Shown: positions 27,070 to 37,547 of the stretch, piece by piece | How the letters are laid out: each line of letters starts with the position of its first letter | Position numbering within the stretch: the stretch's first letter is position 1 | Source of the DNA: a virus | Virus record (IMG/VR): IMGVR_UViG_3300044213_000170 | Coordinates: 1 to 64,000 of that record | Strand: one strand, 5' to 3' | Length of the DNA stretch: 64,000 nt | The notes under the pieces: generated by a model | Database searches by the model: none | The model's input: the letters and a program-made list of their open reading frames with translations, nothing else | Told to the model about the DNA's origin: nothing | Position numbers and translations under genes: made by a program

Positions 27070-27285
27070 TCAATGCAAAGTGTGTGTATCATGCAACCCT
27101 ATACCAAATAGTTTCATAAGTTTCAGAATTCCATCACTGTGAACAACGGATTCATCTTCGGGACACATTAATGTTTTCAAATTGCCATCCGCATCCACTA
27201 CAAACACATAATCATTTGGATCAATTGATTCAATCGATTCTTCGTCGATACCAATCAAATCAACAATATTTGGTTCTTGTTTCAT
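27070..27285 (-). CDS. Acidic hypothetical protein
   Basis: 71-aa ORF. Confidence 0.55.
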   Translation of the reverse strand: MKQEPNIVDLIGIDEESIESIDPNDYVFVVDADGNLKTLMCPEDESVVHSDGILKLMKLFGIGLHDTHTLH

Positions 27286-27925
27286 TTTTTTGTTTCTCCA
27301 ATTTTTTAAAATATGTATTTGCTTTTCGAACCAGTTTTAAAACTACTGGGTCGTCTTTATCAAATGCATTCACATACATTTTATAAATTCTAGTAGATGT
27401 TATTTTTCTCTTATAAGGCTTAAGTTCGACTACGGCATTTGCTGCCGCCGTCCAAGCATACGCATCCACTTCATCACTATCACCTAGATAATTTTGCAGA
27501 TCACGCTTTGATTTATTTTTATGTTTGCTAACATACGGGCGATTCATATTAAAATTTCTTCGTCTGAATTGATTCATATGAATAAATTCGTGCCCGAGTA
27601 TAGTTGCAAAATCAATACAAAATTCAGCCCATCTATCTAATGAAATGTGTTTTTCATCAAATATCACTGCTTCCCACATTTTATGAATAGAAACTTCTAT
27701 ATCTATAGGGTTTTCCGATTCGGAGTCTAATTCGGCATCGTATAAACCTGCAATTTCTATTATCGACGAAGGATATACGTTTAATGTTCGATTAATTCTT
27801 ATATTGCATTCCGTGTAAGGAACAGCTTTTTTTAAAAAGTATAAAAACTGACGATCCGTTAATTGTTTATTGCGTAGTTTATCATACGCACCAAATAATC
27901 TAGTCAACAGATCAAAATAATTCAT
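27260..27925 (-). CDS. Putative zincin-like metallopeptidase
   Basis: HEFIH (HExxH) plus downstream DEVDA. Confidence 0.55.
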   Translation of the reverse strand: MNYFDLLTRLFGAYDKLRNKQLTDRQFLYFLKKAVPYTECNIRINRTLNVYPSSIIEIAGLYDAELDSESENPIDIEVSIHKMWEAVIFDEKHISLDRWAEFCIDFATILGHEFIHMNQFRRRNFNMNRPYVSKHKNKSKRDLQNYLGDSDEVDAYAWTAAANAVVELKPYKRKITSTRIYKMYVNAFDKDDPVVLKLVRKANTYFKKLEKQKNETRTKYC

Positions 27926-28239
27926 TATCTAAATAATATAAAAGCCATTAGTACTGCTTGACACATAAACCCAATGCCAACGGTAATAATATTTAAGTAA
28001 TCTTTAGAAATTATTGCTTTTCCGAATAATAATCCCAAGCTCGCATAGATAAACAACACCAGATCCACATTGGGCGGTTTATCTGCTATCCCGCTCATAT
28101 ATGCCAGCATACTAGGAACCGTACTGAAATGCAGAGTGACGGTGGCCATCCAATTTAATGTTTCTGCTGTAGTTTTTTTGAAATATCCGATGAAGTTTTG
28201 TTTTACTAAAACAATAAATTTTTTAATAGAGTAGTTCAT
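27925..28239 (-). CDS. Membrane protein
   Basis: Three hydrophobic helices. Confidence 0.6.
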   Translation of the reverse strand: MNYSIKKFIVLVKQNFIGYFKKTTAETLNWMATVTLHFSTVPSMLAYMSGIADKPPNVDLVLFIYASLGLLFGKAIISKDYLNIITVGIGFMCQAVLMAFILFR

Positions 28240-28242
28240 AAT

Positions 28243-28812
28243 TTACTTGTAAAAAATGTGTTGACCGATTTGACCTACTTTTTGTCTATCCCAATGAGGG
28301 TTTACATAAGATGCATGATAGTACATAGCATCGTTCAACCCTTGTAATCTAAAGTTTTCTAGTAGAACTTTTTTAGCAACTTCTTGACTTTCTTTATACC
28401 AGTCTTCCCTTACTGATTTTACCTTGTACGTTCCTTCACAGACCCAGCTAAATTGACAAATAACTTTTTCGTATATAATATTTTTTTGATATACAACTCC
28501 GCATATACCATTACCAAATCGTTTGGATTCTGCACGATTTAAGGTTACTTGTGCAACTGCAACCTTGCCTTCGAATGGCTCAGACGCAGCTTCCCAATAA
28601 ATATTTTTAGACAAGCAATCTAATTCTTTTTCTCGTTGGGCTGCGGTAACGATCTCAATATCATTATTTTGAAAGATCGATTGATTAAGTTTGTATTTTA
28701 CTGATTTCATGCCAACTGATACCATGATAATAGTGGCAAGTAAAATTAGAGCAACTTTTACTGATATTATGACCCCATTATAATATCGTTTCGATATAGC
28801 TGTTGAAGCCAT
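28243..28812 (-). CDS. SleB/CwlJ-like cell wall hydrolase (Hydrolase_2)
   Basis: CLSKNIYWEA..E..GKVAVAQVTLNR, CQFSW, YYHA.YVNP.W and IG.HIFY motifs. Confidence 0.9.
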   Translation of the reverse strand: MASTAISKRYYNGVIISVKVALILLATIIMVSVGMKSVKYKLNQSIFQNNDIEIVTAAQREKELDCLSKNIYWEAASEPFEGKVAVAQVTLNRAESKRFGNGICGVVYQKNIIYEKVICQFSWVCEGTYKVKSVREDWYKESQEVAKKVLLENFRLQGLNDAMYYHASYVNPHWDRQKVGQIGQHIFYK

Positions 28813-28931
28813 ATTTGTGTTCTCCTTTTTATGAGTGTTAGTTATATAATCAAAATTACAAATAGTTAACTACGCGGATAACCATATAACTGCGTATATT
28901 ATAGATGATAATTTGAATTTAATCAATGATT

Positions 28932-30749
28932 TTACACCAATCCGGTGATTTTGCCGCCAATCGACGACACCGTATTAGAATTCATTACATAGTTCATCAA
29001 ATTCTGAGCAACATTACCTGCCGCATTGGGTTGGCATAGTTGATACCAAAAATAGTCGGCGCCTACACCATTTGCATCTAATGTATACGTAGGCAAAGAT
29101 TCTGTAAAGTTCAATAGTTGTCCGTTGTCGTTATATGAAGATGCTACAAAATTTGCTTTGTTATAATTTGTGTGTTCGCTTTCTAAGTGACTGCACACAA
29201 ATGTGTAATTAGAATTGATCTTATTAACTATGGCGGCCATTTTAGGATCAGCCGCAATGGTATTTAATAATGCAAAATACGCAGATTGGCTAGCTAAACA
29301 GTTGGCCTGATCACCGATAGATAGATATCTACTGATTTCAGATAGTACTGTAGTTATTTGCGGACCGTAAGATGTTGCAGCTAACTCTGCTAATCCCTCA
29401 TTGACATTCTCTAATAGATTTGCATAATATCCGGTTGCAGTACCGATTACATTTAAAATACTAATAGGCTGATTAGAACCCACATTAGCCGGCAAAAATG
29501 TACGTAAAGCTGTGATAAATTCCGGAGATAATAAACTAGTATCGCTGTTTAATTGCTCGATTGAGTCAGCAGTAGAAGATTGTATGCTAACTATAAATTG
29601 CGAAACTTGCGACCCTAATGTAAATGTTGATCCGGGATTTTTTAGATTCATATCCGTCCCAACATCGGCTAAACTAGCAAACTTGCTATCGTTTGCTTGA
29701 CCACTGGTTATTTCTATACTTGTATAGCTTAACGGAGATTTAAACAACTTTGCAGGTACTGTTGTTTGCAATACTTCTTGAATGGTTGTTAAATCATTGG
29801 GGTCCGTAATAGTTTCCAATATCGAATCGATTTGTTTGGTCTTCTCTAAATCCCATATATTTGAATAAGATATTCCCACAGAATGCAATAGGTTACTTAA
29901 ATTACCAATAGCACCTAACCCATGATCTATCATTGACTTTGCTACAGCATTTGACGTCCCGAAGTACCCCAGTGGTATGGTTTCAACTAATACACCTAAA
30001 TTATTAAATGCCGTGATCAACGCACTACCCGATTTGTAATTACTCCATCCGTGGGTAACTAAATCATTGTAACTGCTAACCCCATGATATTGTAAATTTT
30101 GATTTTCGCTGTTCACTAATGCACTGTTATATTTGTTGGTATTATTCACCCAATTGAGTAATTGATTAAATGCATTCATTGCATAATTATTATACCAATA
30201 TTGACCGCCGGTCAATCTTGTAGTTTGCAAATCTACATAATACACAAAACTTCCTGGCATAGTATTCTGAAAACCCTCGGGTACTACACCAGTTATTGCA
30301 GGTATTGCACTATTGGCTCCAAATGTTGTTTTTTGTGGATTAGTCCAATAAGTTCTAAGATAGCCTGATAGCCAAGGCACAATTTTTGTGCCTAATGGAT
30401 ATATCGGATATTGATGCCCCGTAACTGTGTTTGTTGCAGTTCCTGTTGGTGCAACCACATTTTCATTACTGTCTATGCATTTATAATCAAATGCATTGTT
30501 TTTGTTAATTAGATAATTATCACCTAAGGCAGTTGCCACCATATTACCCAATGACGATATAGTTCCAGCATAAACACCACTATATCCTTCATGCCATTGA
30601 TTAGTTATATTGGCCAATAGTGCGGGGTCGAAAGCCAAGTTTGCATTAAAGGTGCTGTTCCAAGATTTTTGTGTTATGGTGGCAGGTTGAGGTTTAATTA
30701 CTGGACCATTGTCAAGAATATCATTTATTGTAGAAGAATAATAGCTCAT
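28932..30749 (-). CDS. Putative virion/baseplate-region structural protein
   Basis: 605 aa, N/T/S-rich, in the operon with PAAR. Confidence 0.45.
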   Translation of the reverse strand: MSYYSSTINDILDNGPVIKPQPATITQKSWNSTFNANLAFDPALLANITNQWHEGYSGVYAGTISSLGNMVATALGDNYLINKNNAFDYKCIDSNENVVAPTGTATNTVTGHQYPIYPLGTKIVPWLSGYLRTYWTNPQKTTFGANSAIPAITGVVPEGFQNTMPGSFVYYVDLQTTRLTGGQYWYNNYAMNAFNQLLNWVNNTNKYNSALVNSENQNLQYHGVSSYNDLVTHGWSNYKSGSALITAFNNLGVLVETIPLGYFGTSNAVAKSMIDHGLGAIGNLSNLLHSVGISYSNIWDLEKTKQIDSILETITDPNDLTTIQEVLQTTVPAKLFKSPLSYTSIEITSGQANDSKFASLADVGTDMNLKNPGSTFTLGSQVSQFIVSIQSSTADSIEQLNSDTSLLSPEFITALRTFLPANVGSNQPISILNVIGTATGYYANLLENVNEGLAELAATSYGPQITTVLSEISRYLSIGDQANCLASQSAYFALLNTIAADPKMAAIVNKINSNYTFVCSHLESEHTNYNKANFVASSYNDNGQLLNFTESLPTYTLDANGVGADYFWYQLCQPNAAGNVAQNLMNYVMNSNTVSSIGGKITGLV

Positions 30750-30767
30750 TGATTTTTACCTAAAATA

Positions 30768-31190
30768 TTATATGCCGGCGCCATTATTAAAATCTACATC
30801 ACTACCAGACGATACTACTCCGTTGGATACTTTTGCAGCATAATAAACCCACGTAGCAAAAGGTAATTCGGATCTTTTACCTATAAGTGCATATTCGTAT
30901 ACGCCAGGAGTCGAAGTTTGACGATAGATGTAAATATCGTCTCCTATCGCATAATATCCGAGACCAGTAATAGTTTTACTAATATCCGGTTGTCTTGGCA
31001 GACCCGATCTGGGATCGATAGTTAAAGGACTTTGCGGTATACTGTCTGAAAAGATTCTCATGGCATTTAAAAATCTTTGATTAACATCAAATGCTCGTGG
31101 GGTACCATCCACTAGATATTTCAACAATGCCAATTGCAAAGGAGATAATGTAGGGGTAACTACTGGATTAATATTAGGCACGGTTGACAT
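30768..31190 (-). CDS. Hypothetical protein
   Basis: 140-aa ORF. Confidence 0.55.
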   Translation of the reverse strand: MSTVPNINPVVTPTLSPLQLALLKYLVDGTPRAFDVNQRFLNAMRIFSDSIPQSPLTIDPRSGLPRQPDISKTITGLGYYAIGDDIYIYRQTSTPGVYEYALIGKRSELPFATWVYYAAKVSNGVVSSGSDVDFNNGAGI

Positions 31191-31196
31191 TTATGA

Positions 31197-31532
31197 TCAC
31201 CCGTTGGCTGCAGCACCGGCCACCAAGCCTAGTATGCTGCCTTTGCCAAAAATAACATTACTACTTGCAGTCATTACAGTATGACCGCATAGTCCTATAG
31301 ATCCTTTGCGTAAAGGTATTTGATTATTAACCATAACACCACAGTCAGAATCTACAGTGGGACCGAAACAATGCGTAGGCGGACAATTTGCTACTCCGCA
31401 ACAAGGATGCGGCGTATAGATACATCCCAATAATGCCACTGGTCTGCCATTTACAATCACATTGGAACTAGCAGGGGCAGTTAATAACCCCCCTGGTCCT
31501 AAAATATCACCTACTCTTGCTGCTCCTGACAT
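31197..31532 (-). CDS. PAAR-domain spike tip protein (T4 gp5.4-like)
   Basis: AARVGD, V.VNGRPVA..G, H..C, CGH and S.NV motifs. Confidence 0.85.
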   Translation of the reverse strand: MSGAARVGDILGPGGLLTAPASSNVIVNGRPVALLGCIYTPHPCCGVANCPPTHCFGPTVDSDCGVMVNNQIPLRKGSIGLCGHTVMTASSNVIFGKGSILGLVAGAAANG

Positions 31533-31539
31533 GTTAATC

Positions 31540-31857
31540 TCACTTAATAATTGAGCCGCCGTTTACTGGTGCAATACCTGTAGTAGTTTGTATATAATGA
31601 TTTTCCATCTCTTTTATCGTCACAGAATGTATCATTACATGATCGGTTCTTAGCTCTATATTTTTATTTATATCCCCAGTAAATAGGCTTTGTATTAACC
31701 CTATACCTTGAGCACTAGGCACTACAGTGCAGGGTCTATTAACGATCCAGCCTGTCATTGACGTTTCGACTATTTTAGCAATTAATTCATCACCATTTAC
31801 TAATTTAAATGAAACAACATCGTCTTTATCGTACTTAGAGTTATTGTTAAACAGCAT
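31540..31857 (-). CDS. Conserved phage protein (Sm-like)
   Basis: FKLVNGDELIAK and Y.Q.TTGI motifs. Confidence 0.55.
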   Translation of the reverse strand: MLFNNNSKYDKDDVVSFKLVNGDELIAKIVETSMTGWIVNRPCTVVPSAQGIGLIQSLFTGDINKNIELRTDHVMIHSVTIKEMENHYIQTTTGIAPVNGGSIIK

Positions 31858-32098
31858 TTGCTCGCTCCATTAATTCGCTTTCGGTTAATTTGGAAAGTCC
31901 TTGATATCCGCCCTGTACAAATAACTTGCCATCTTTATAAAGTTGCGGTACTGTTCTATGGCCTTCGTTTACGATGAATTGTCGTGCATCTGGGTTTTCA
32001 TCCACTTTAATTTCTTCGTACGAAATATTTTTTAATTTAAGAAGATTTTTTGCTTGATCGCAAAAAGGGCAATTGTTTTTTGAATAAATTGTTATCAC
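31847..32098 (-). CDS. Glutaredoxin
   Basis: CPFC, TVPQ and GGY motifs; next to nrdB. Confidence 0.92.
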   Translation of the reverse strand: MITIYSKNNCPFCDQAKNLLKLKNISYEEIKVDENPDARQFIVNEGHRTVPQLYKDGKLFVQGGYQGLSKLTESELMERANAV

Positions 32099-32142
32099 GT
32101 GTTAATTCCTTATTATGTAATTAGTGTAAAATGTCGCCGCAA

Positions 32143-33246
32143 TTAAATTTCAGGAAGTTCATCATAATTAAGTTGATCGGTCATAACACCAATTACATAA
32201 TTAGTGCTTTCATTTTCTTGCAATGCGGTTTGTTTTTTACTAGTATCACTATGTTTATTAAACCAAGGGATAGGTGTATTCTTTGGTGCAGGTAAATGAT
32301 ATTTAATACCGATTTCTTTTAATGCCGTCGCTGCAGTATAATCTACAAACTCTTTAAGAATAGACGGCCCTAATCCAATAACCGGACCTTTATGGAACAA
32401 ATAATCGGCCCACTCTTTCTCCTCACGAATAACATCTAAATACATGGCATACACTTCGTCTTTACATTCTTGTGCAACCCTAGCAAACCTAGCATCTTCT
32501 TTTACTACTTGATTAATAATATATGCCGTCCACCCCTTATGCAACATTTCATCCTGAAGAATTAAACTAATAATATTGCCATTACCGATAAAAATCTTAT
32601 TTTCTACCATTGCCAAACTTGTAGCAAATGATACCATAAATCTAAAGGCTTCTAATGCATAACTAGCATTAAGAGCCAACCAGATTGCTTTAATGTGGGA
32701 TTCCTCACTGACGGTTCTTGGAGATACTTCTTTAAAACAATTTAGTTGATGCAAGTCGTCATAATACTTACCAACACTACTAGCCATGTTTACGATTTCT
32801 TGTGTGTCATGTATAGTATTGAATACCGCTTTTGGTACATTATAAATGTTACGAATGATGTGACTATAACTGCGACTATGAATATTTGTTTCAAAGAATG
32901 TCCAATTATATACAAGTGCTTCTAATTCTGGTAAACTTACAACAGGTGTAAAGATTTGACTGGGACCGCGACCTTGCAAACTGTCTAATGCTGTTTGACG
33001 TAATAGGTTGCTAGTGAAGATATGTCTAACTGTATCACTAGCATCCTTGAAGTCGCCGGCGTCTTTAGTTAAACTGATTTCTTCCGGAACCCAAAAGAAT
33101 CCACGTGCGGTTTGTTCAAAGTCAGCGATTTTTTTATATTTCACCTCTTCAAACCTTTGTATTACCACCGGTCCTTCGGGATCCAAAAACATTTTTCTTG
33201 TTAGATAGTTTGGATTTTTTGACAAATCATATTGTGCTCTACTCAT
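32143..33246 (-). CDS. nrdB: Class Ia ribonucleotide reductase beta subunit
   Basis: FFWVPEE, LDSLQGR, ETNIHSRSY, EAFRF..SF, DEMLH and QE.E..Y motifs. Confidence 0.96.
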   Translation of the reverse strand: MSRAQYDLSKNPNYLTRKMFLDPEGPVVIQRFEEVKYKKIADFEQTARGFFWVPEEISLTKDAGDFKDASDTVRHIFTSNLLRQTALDSLQGRGPSQIFTPVVSLPELEALVYNWTFFETNIHSRSYSHIIRNIYNVPKAVFNTIHDTQEIVNMASSVGKYYDDLHQLNCFKEVSPRTVSEESHIKAIWLALNASYALEAFRFMVSFATSLAMVENKIFIGNGNIISLILQDEMLHKGWTAYIINQVVKEDARFARVAQECKDEVYAMYLDVIREEKEWADYLFHKGPVIGLGPSILKEFVDYTAATALKEIGIKYHLPAPKNTPIPWFNKHSDTSKKQTALQENESTNYVIGVMTDQLNYDELPEI

Positions 33247-33254
33247 TTATTTCC

Positions 33255-33944
33255 TTATTGATGTTTATGGAATCTAGATAATCCCATATTATTAGTTTCT
33301 TTTTGACACACTACGCAAGATACTCTGGTTCGGGCAGGATTATTATTTATAAAGTAACATTCGCCATTTTCAATCTGTTCTTTCATCCATTCTGAGTGCT
33401 TAATACCATGTTGCTTCTTCCACTCAGGATCAATGAAATGATGCGTACCTGCCTTAACTCTATCAGATGCCACACTGGTGCCGTCAGGGCGTTTTAGTAA
33501 ATTATGTTTTCCCTCCGCAACTAACCTTTTAGTTACCTTACCACCTAAGTTTGCTTTTGGAGGATCATTGACAAAATTGTGCGTCCCATTATCTATTCTT
33601 TTCTGTGCATTTTCTTTTCCAGCATCTCTCAGTTTTTCAATGGCAGATTCAGTGTGTTTATATCCAGAATTATTGCCTCTACCACCATTGGTAGAATTTC
33701 TCAGTATCCCCGTACCCAAATCTTTTCGTCCATATTGTTCAATTAGTTCCGATTCATAATCGTATGCTTCTTCTTCATACAAACAATCTCTTAGAATGAC
33801 TATTTTACTTTTATCTTTCGGCAAAAGATTAGTTCCATTCGTTCCCGTATGTGATTTCCATGCTCTATCGTTACTGCCCTTACCAATGTAATAAGGTGTT
33901 AGGTCTTCTCGTAGATATGCGTAAACATAAAATATATTTTCCAT
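33255..33944 (-). mobile_element. Free-standing GIY-YIG homing endonuclease between nrdA and nrdB
   Basis: YVYAY..PYYIGKG..R, E..LI and N...GG motifs; repeated G(T/K)H(N/H)(F/L) units; C-terminal CxxC..H. Confidence 0.82.
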
Positions 33945-34003
33945 TATTTCTCCTAATGCATAATACTATTTATCATTTACGCTTCATATCGTTGAATAGT
34001 TAC

Positions 34004-35017
34004 TCAAAGTTTGCATGCCTCACAATCTTCCATGTCGTCAAAATCAATGACTTCTGGTGGTGCTTCAATATCATCTTGTACTTTGGCTCCCTGCTTATTA
34101 ATAAGTGAGTAATAAAAAGTTTTGGTTCCGTAATAATGTGCCATCATCAAGTTTTTAGCAACCAATGTCGTTGGAACTTTTCTGTCAGGAAAATGTGCCG
34201 GATTGTAGAAAGTATTTACAGATATTGCCTGATCAACATATGCTTGTAATACAGCCGATGTTTTTAGATACCCGACACAATCTGTTTGATCCCACATCAA
34301 TTGATATTTGTTTTTCAATTTGTGATATTCTGGAACAACTTGTGTAAATGATCCTGCTTTGCTTTCTTTAACTGTAATTAAACTCATTGGCATTTCTATG
34401 CCGTTAGTGCTATTAATAACGACACTACTAGATTCTACAGGAGCAATCGCCATTTGTGTAGCATTACGGACACCATATTCTTTCATCTGAATTCTCAGTG
34501 ATTCCCAATCCAATTCCGGTGCAAAGTTTGCTAGTTCATTTACACCTGCGGCACGTACTTCCCACGGGAATGTACCTTGTCCATATCTAGTTTTGTCACT
34601 GTCTAAACATTTACCACGCTCTTTTGCTAACTCAACCGATGCCTCTGTTAAATAGTAGGCTTGATGTTCCATCCAAGTTTTTACATCTTGCAACGCATCT
34701 TTATCACCATACTTATAATCTCGCTTGGCGTGCCAATACGCTAAGTTAGTGACACCAATACCTAGCGGACGGATTTCGTCATTGCTTAATTTACTTTGGA
34801 TACTTAGAAAATCTTGATAGTCCAAAATATTATTGAGACTGCGGTGAAGAATACGACAGGCACGACGCATATCTTCCGGGTTACGGAAGGCACCCCAATT
34901 GATAGAGCCGAGTGTGCAAAGAGCCACTCTGCCCTCCGCTTCATCAATCTCAAAATATTCGTATTCATCATCTAACTCTTCGGGTAGATATTCTATTTCT
35001 TCATATAGTTCGTTCAT
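34004..35017 (-). CDS. nrdA: Ribonucleotide reductase alpha subunit, C-terminal fragment (NrdA-b)
   Basis: ALCTLG (C462 equivalent), RPLGIG, APVESSS, TFYY and terminal CEAC. Confidence 0.93.
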   Translation of the reverse strand: MNELYEEIEYLPEELDDEYEYFEIDEAEGRVALCTLGSINWGAFRNPEDMRRACRILHRSLNNILDYQDFLSIQSKLSNDEIRPLGIGVTNLAYWHAKRDYKYGDKDALQDVKTWMEHQAYYLTEASVELAKERGKCLDSDKTRYGQGTFPWEVRAAGVNELANFAPELDWESLRIQMKEYGVRNATQMAIAPVESSSVVINSTNGIEMPMSLITVKESKAGSFTQVVPEYHKLKNKYQLMWDQTDCVGYLKTSAVLQAYVDQAISVNTFYNPAHFPDRKVPTTLVAKNLMMAHYYGTKTFYYSLINKQGAKVQDDIEAPPEVIDFDDMEDCEACKL

Positions 35018-35024
35018 TATTCAT

Positions 35025-36494
35025 CTACCTTATCTTCCTGATGTTAACAATGTCATTTGATTTTGTTTTCATAAACTCGTCTACATTGGACTTTTTAACT
35101 CTAATCAACTTTCGTTCAGAATTCATTCGCTTGAAACTCTTGGTGGGCAAAAGGATTTCGCAACATAAATTCGACTGATAAATCTTATGATATTCAGGAT
35201 CAAACGGACCTTGATTCATTACATTGTCTATGAACACAAGATAGATACGTCCGGTGTCTGTACGTTCTTTTAAAATGCCGCCTTTGAATACTTCTTCTGC
35301 TGACATAACTTTTTTACGCAAGCCCGATTGTTTTTCATATTTTGTATATAATTGTTCAAACAACTGAGTATCTCTGTAAAATGCTTCGTACAAGTCAGGT
35401 ACTTCGTTGGGATCAAAGAAAGTAATATTTTCTTTATTTTTAAAGCGGCGCCAAAAGAAGGCACTTAATACAACGCCATAGTCCATATGACGTACACGTG
35501 TTTCTTCCGTACCTTGATTATTCTTTAGAACGATAAGATCATCAAATTGATGATGCCAAATTGGATAAAATACTGTGGCGCTGGCATTACGTATACCACC
35601 CTGACTACAACTTCGTAGATCGCCGAACCATTTCTTTAAGAATGGTATCATACCTGTATGCATAATTTCCCCGCCACGAATAGGACTACCAAGCGGACGT
35701 AAGCGACCAATCTCTAATCCTATGCCAGCACGTTTGCTGGCATACTTGGCCATCATTTCGCCCGAAGCAAAGATACTATCAAGATCGTCGTCACTGCGAA
35801 TGAGAACACAACTGCTAAACTGTTTAGTTGGAGTTCCAAGGCCAGCAAGCACAGGAGTAGCGAGAGTGAAAAGACCATCGGACGCCGCATGGTAATACTC
35901 TTTAATGTATCGCATCCTTGCTGTGTTAGGTTCTTCTTTGTGAAATACTGTTGCAGCCGCGACCATATATCTAATTTGGGGAGTTTCATATGTTTCCTTA
36001 GTAGCACGATTTCTAACTAGATATTTTTCAATTAACTGTTCAATCGCAGCATAGCTATATTGTTCGTCCTTCTCATGGTCCAACATGGCGTTCATTTTAT
36101 CCCAGTCTTCTTTTGTATACCACTCAAGAAGTTCAGGAGTATATAATCCTACGCTTACATTTTTTTTAACAATCTCATATATGTGTGGTACTTCGTAGTC
36201 GCCGTAGACATCTTTGCGTAACATACTAAGACGTTGTTTACCGGCCACATATTGATAATTTGTATGTCCTACTTCGGGGTTATTTTCTACGTCGATTAAA
36301 TCGACTATAGCTCGCAGTGTTATTTCATCTATTTCTCGTGTAGTGATATTATCATAAAATTGAGGATGACTTTTAATTTCGATCATACTCTGACTTACAT
36401 CTGCTACACCTCTACAAACTTTTTGAACTTGTGCTTGCCACTTTTCAACCGACAATGGTTCTTTATTGCCTGAACGTTTTACTACTTGAATCAT
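35025..36494 (-). CDS. nrdA: Ribonucleotide reductase alpha subunit, N-terminal fragment (NrdA-a)
   Basis: ATP-cone VVKRSG, TPVLAG, FSSC, SQGGIR and SNLCCE (N437/C439/E441 equivalents). Confidence 0.95.
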   Translation of the reverse strand: MIQVVKRSGNKEPLSVEKWQAQVQKVCRGVADVSQSMIEIKSHPQFYDNITTREIDEITLRAIVDLIDVENNPEVGHTNYQYVAGKQRLSMLRKDVYGDYEVPHIYEIVKKNVSVGLYTPELLEWYTKEDWDKMNAMLDHEKDEQYSYAAIEQLIEKYLVRNRATKETYETPQIRYMVAAATVFHKEEPNTARMRYIKEYYHAASDGLFTLATPVLAGLGTPTKQFSSCVLIRSDDDLDSIFASGEMMAKYASKRAGIGLEIGRLRPLGSPIRGGEIMHTGMIPFLKKWFGDLRSCSQGGIRNASATVFYPIWHHQFDDLIVLKNNQGTEETRVRHMDYGVVLSAFFWRRFKNKENITFFDPNEVPDLYEAFYRDTQLFEQLYTKYEKQSGLRKKVMSAEEVFKGGILKERTDTGRIYLVFIDNVMNQGPFDPEYHKIYQSNLCCEILLPTKSFKRMNSERKLIRVKKSNVDEFMKTKSNDIVNIRKIR

Positions 36495-36514
36495 TTATCT
36501 TGAACCTATACTTA

Positions 36515-36970
36515 TTATATTATTTTATCAAGACCCAAATCCGCTATGGTTATGGTTCTTTTTAATTTTAAGTTTTTATTGACTTGTGCTTTATTTAATA
36601 CCGTGTCATGTTCCATATTAAGAACATATAATCCTTGGTTAACAAAGACTAAATTATACTGTTCATTAGTTGATGGGTCAACAAATATTTTTATTTCTAA
36701 CTCAGGCTTATGTTCGCTTAGATATAAAGTATATACTATACCTAGTGCAATTGCAAGAGTACAGTAATAATTTTCAAAAATTAATTCCCAAGGACCGGGC
36801 CACAGGGAAATATCATCCAAGCTAAGATAATGTTTTTGATATGGAGTATAACTCCACATATGTTCGGTTTCTTTAACTGCATCAGCCAAAGATAAGCCAG
36901 AAATTTTTGTTCTAAATTCTTGCCATAACCGAAGTCGGTGGTATGGCATCTCGTTCCAAAAAGTATTCAA
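36515..36970 (-). CDS. Hypothetical protein
   Basis: 151-aa ORF. Confidence 0.6.
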   Translation of the reverse strand: MNTFWNEMPYHRLRLWQEFRTKISGLSLADAVKETEHMWSYTPYQKHYLSLDDISLWPGPWELIFENYYCTLAIALGIVYTLYLSEHKPELEIKIFVDPSTNEQYNLVFVNQGLYVLNMEHDTVLNKAQVNKNLKLKRTITIADLGLDKII

Positions 36971-36973
36971 TTT

Positions 36974-37522
36974 TTACCAGGTAAAATCAGATTTTGTAAA
37001 TTTCATATCTGCCGAATTACCGGCAGTTGTTGTTGCTACCAGCACCGCAGTGTTACCATGCATCACTGCCCCTAATATAATACCTATATTAGTGGATTCA
37101 ACATAGTCATCTCTGGTTGAAACATAAGTACCATTATGTGCAATAAAAAAATTCCCTGCTCTAAAATCAGAGTCACGTTTGATTGTATAATTTATAACTG
37201 CGGCAGGTTCATCAATCCCGAATGATACCGGTATGGTATTGACAGTCACATTGGCTAGTGTTACCCCTGCACTGATGCTATCAGTGTTTTGTTGGACATT
37301 GGCACCATAGTAAATGTTCACATTGGCATTACCGCTAGTAATATCCTGCTGTGTAATCACCTTAACTATGGACCCAGGATTAACTGCCTCAGGATCGGAC
37401 CCTACACCGATATATAATTCATGTGTATCTACACACCAGCCGAATTCGCCACCGTCTAATTGCGATAAATCGTCCTTGATACCCCTACGAGTTTTAACTT
37501 TGCTAATCTGTGTTACGGCCAT
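36974..37522 (-). CDS. Putative tail/structural protein with an Mtd_N-like N-terminus
   Basis: RRG..L..GEFGW..DT.ELYIG; TATAAATA late promoter upstream. Confidence 0.55.
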   Translation of the reverse strand: MAVTQISKVKTRRGIKDDLSQLDGGEFGWCVDTHELYIGVGSDPEAVNPGSIVKVITQQDITSGNANVNIYYGANVQQNTDSISAGVTLANVTVNTIPVSFGIDEPAAVINYTIKRDSDFRAGNFFIAHNGTYVSTRDDYVESTNIGIILGAVMHGNTAVLVATTTAGNSADMKFTKSDFTW

Positions 37523-37547
37523 TTTTTTATTACCTTAATAGTTATAT

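Noticed and set aside
35018-35130. Intron, intein or TAG recoding as the explanation for the nrdA break
   Set aside because: The extra sequence is only about 170 nt with no group I core. There are no intein start (C/S) or end (HN) blocks. Reading through TAG reaches TGA after 7 more codons in a frame different from NrdA-b.
36974-37522. Diversity-generating retroelement target (Mtd_N-like start)
   Set aside because: No reverse transcriptase or TR/VR repeat pair is seen in the window.
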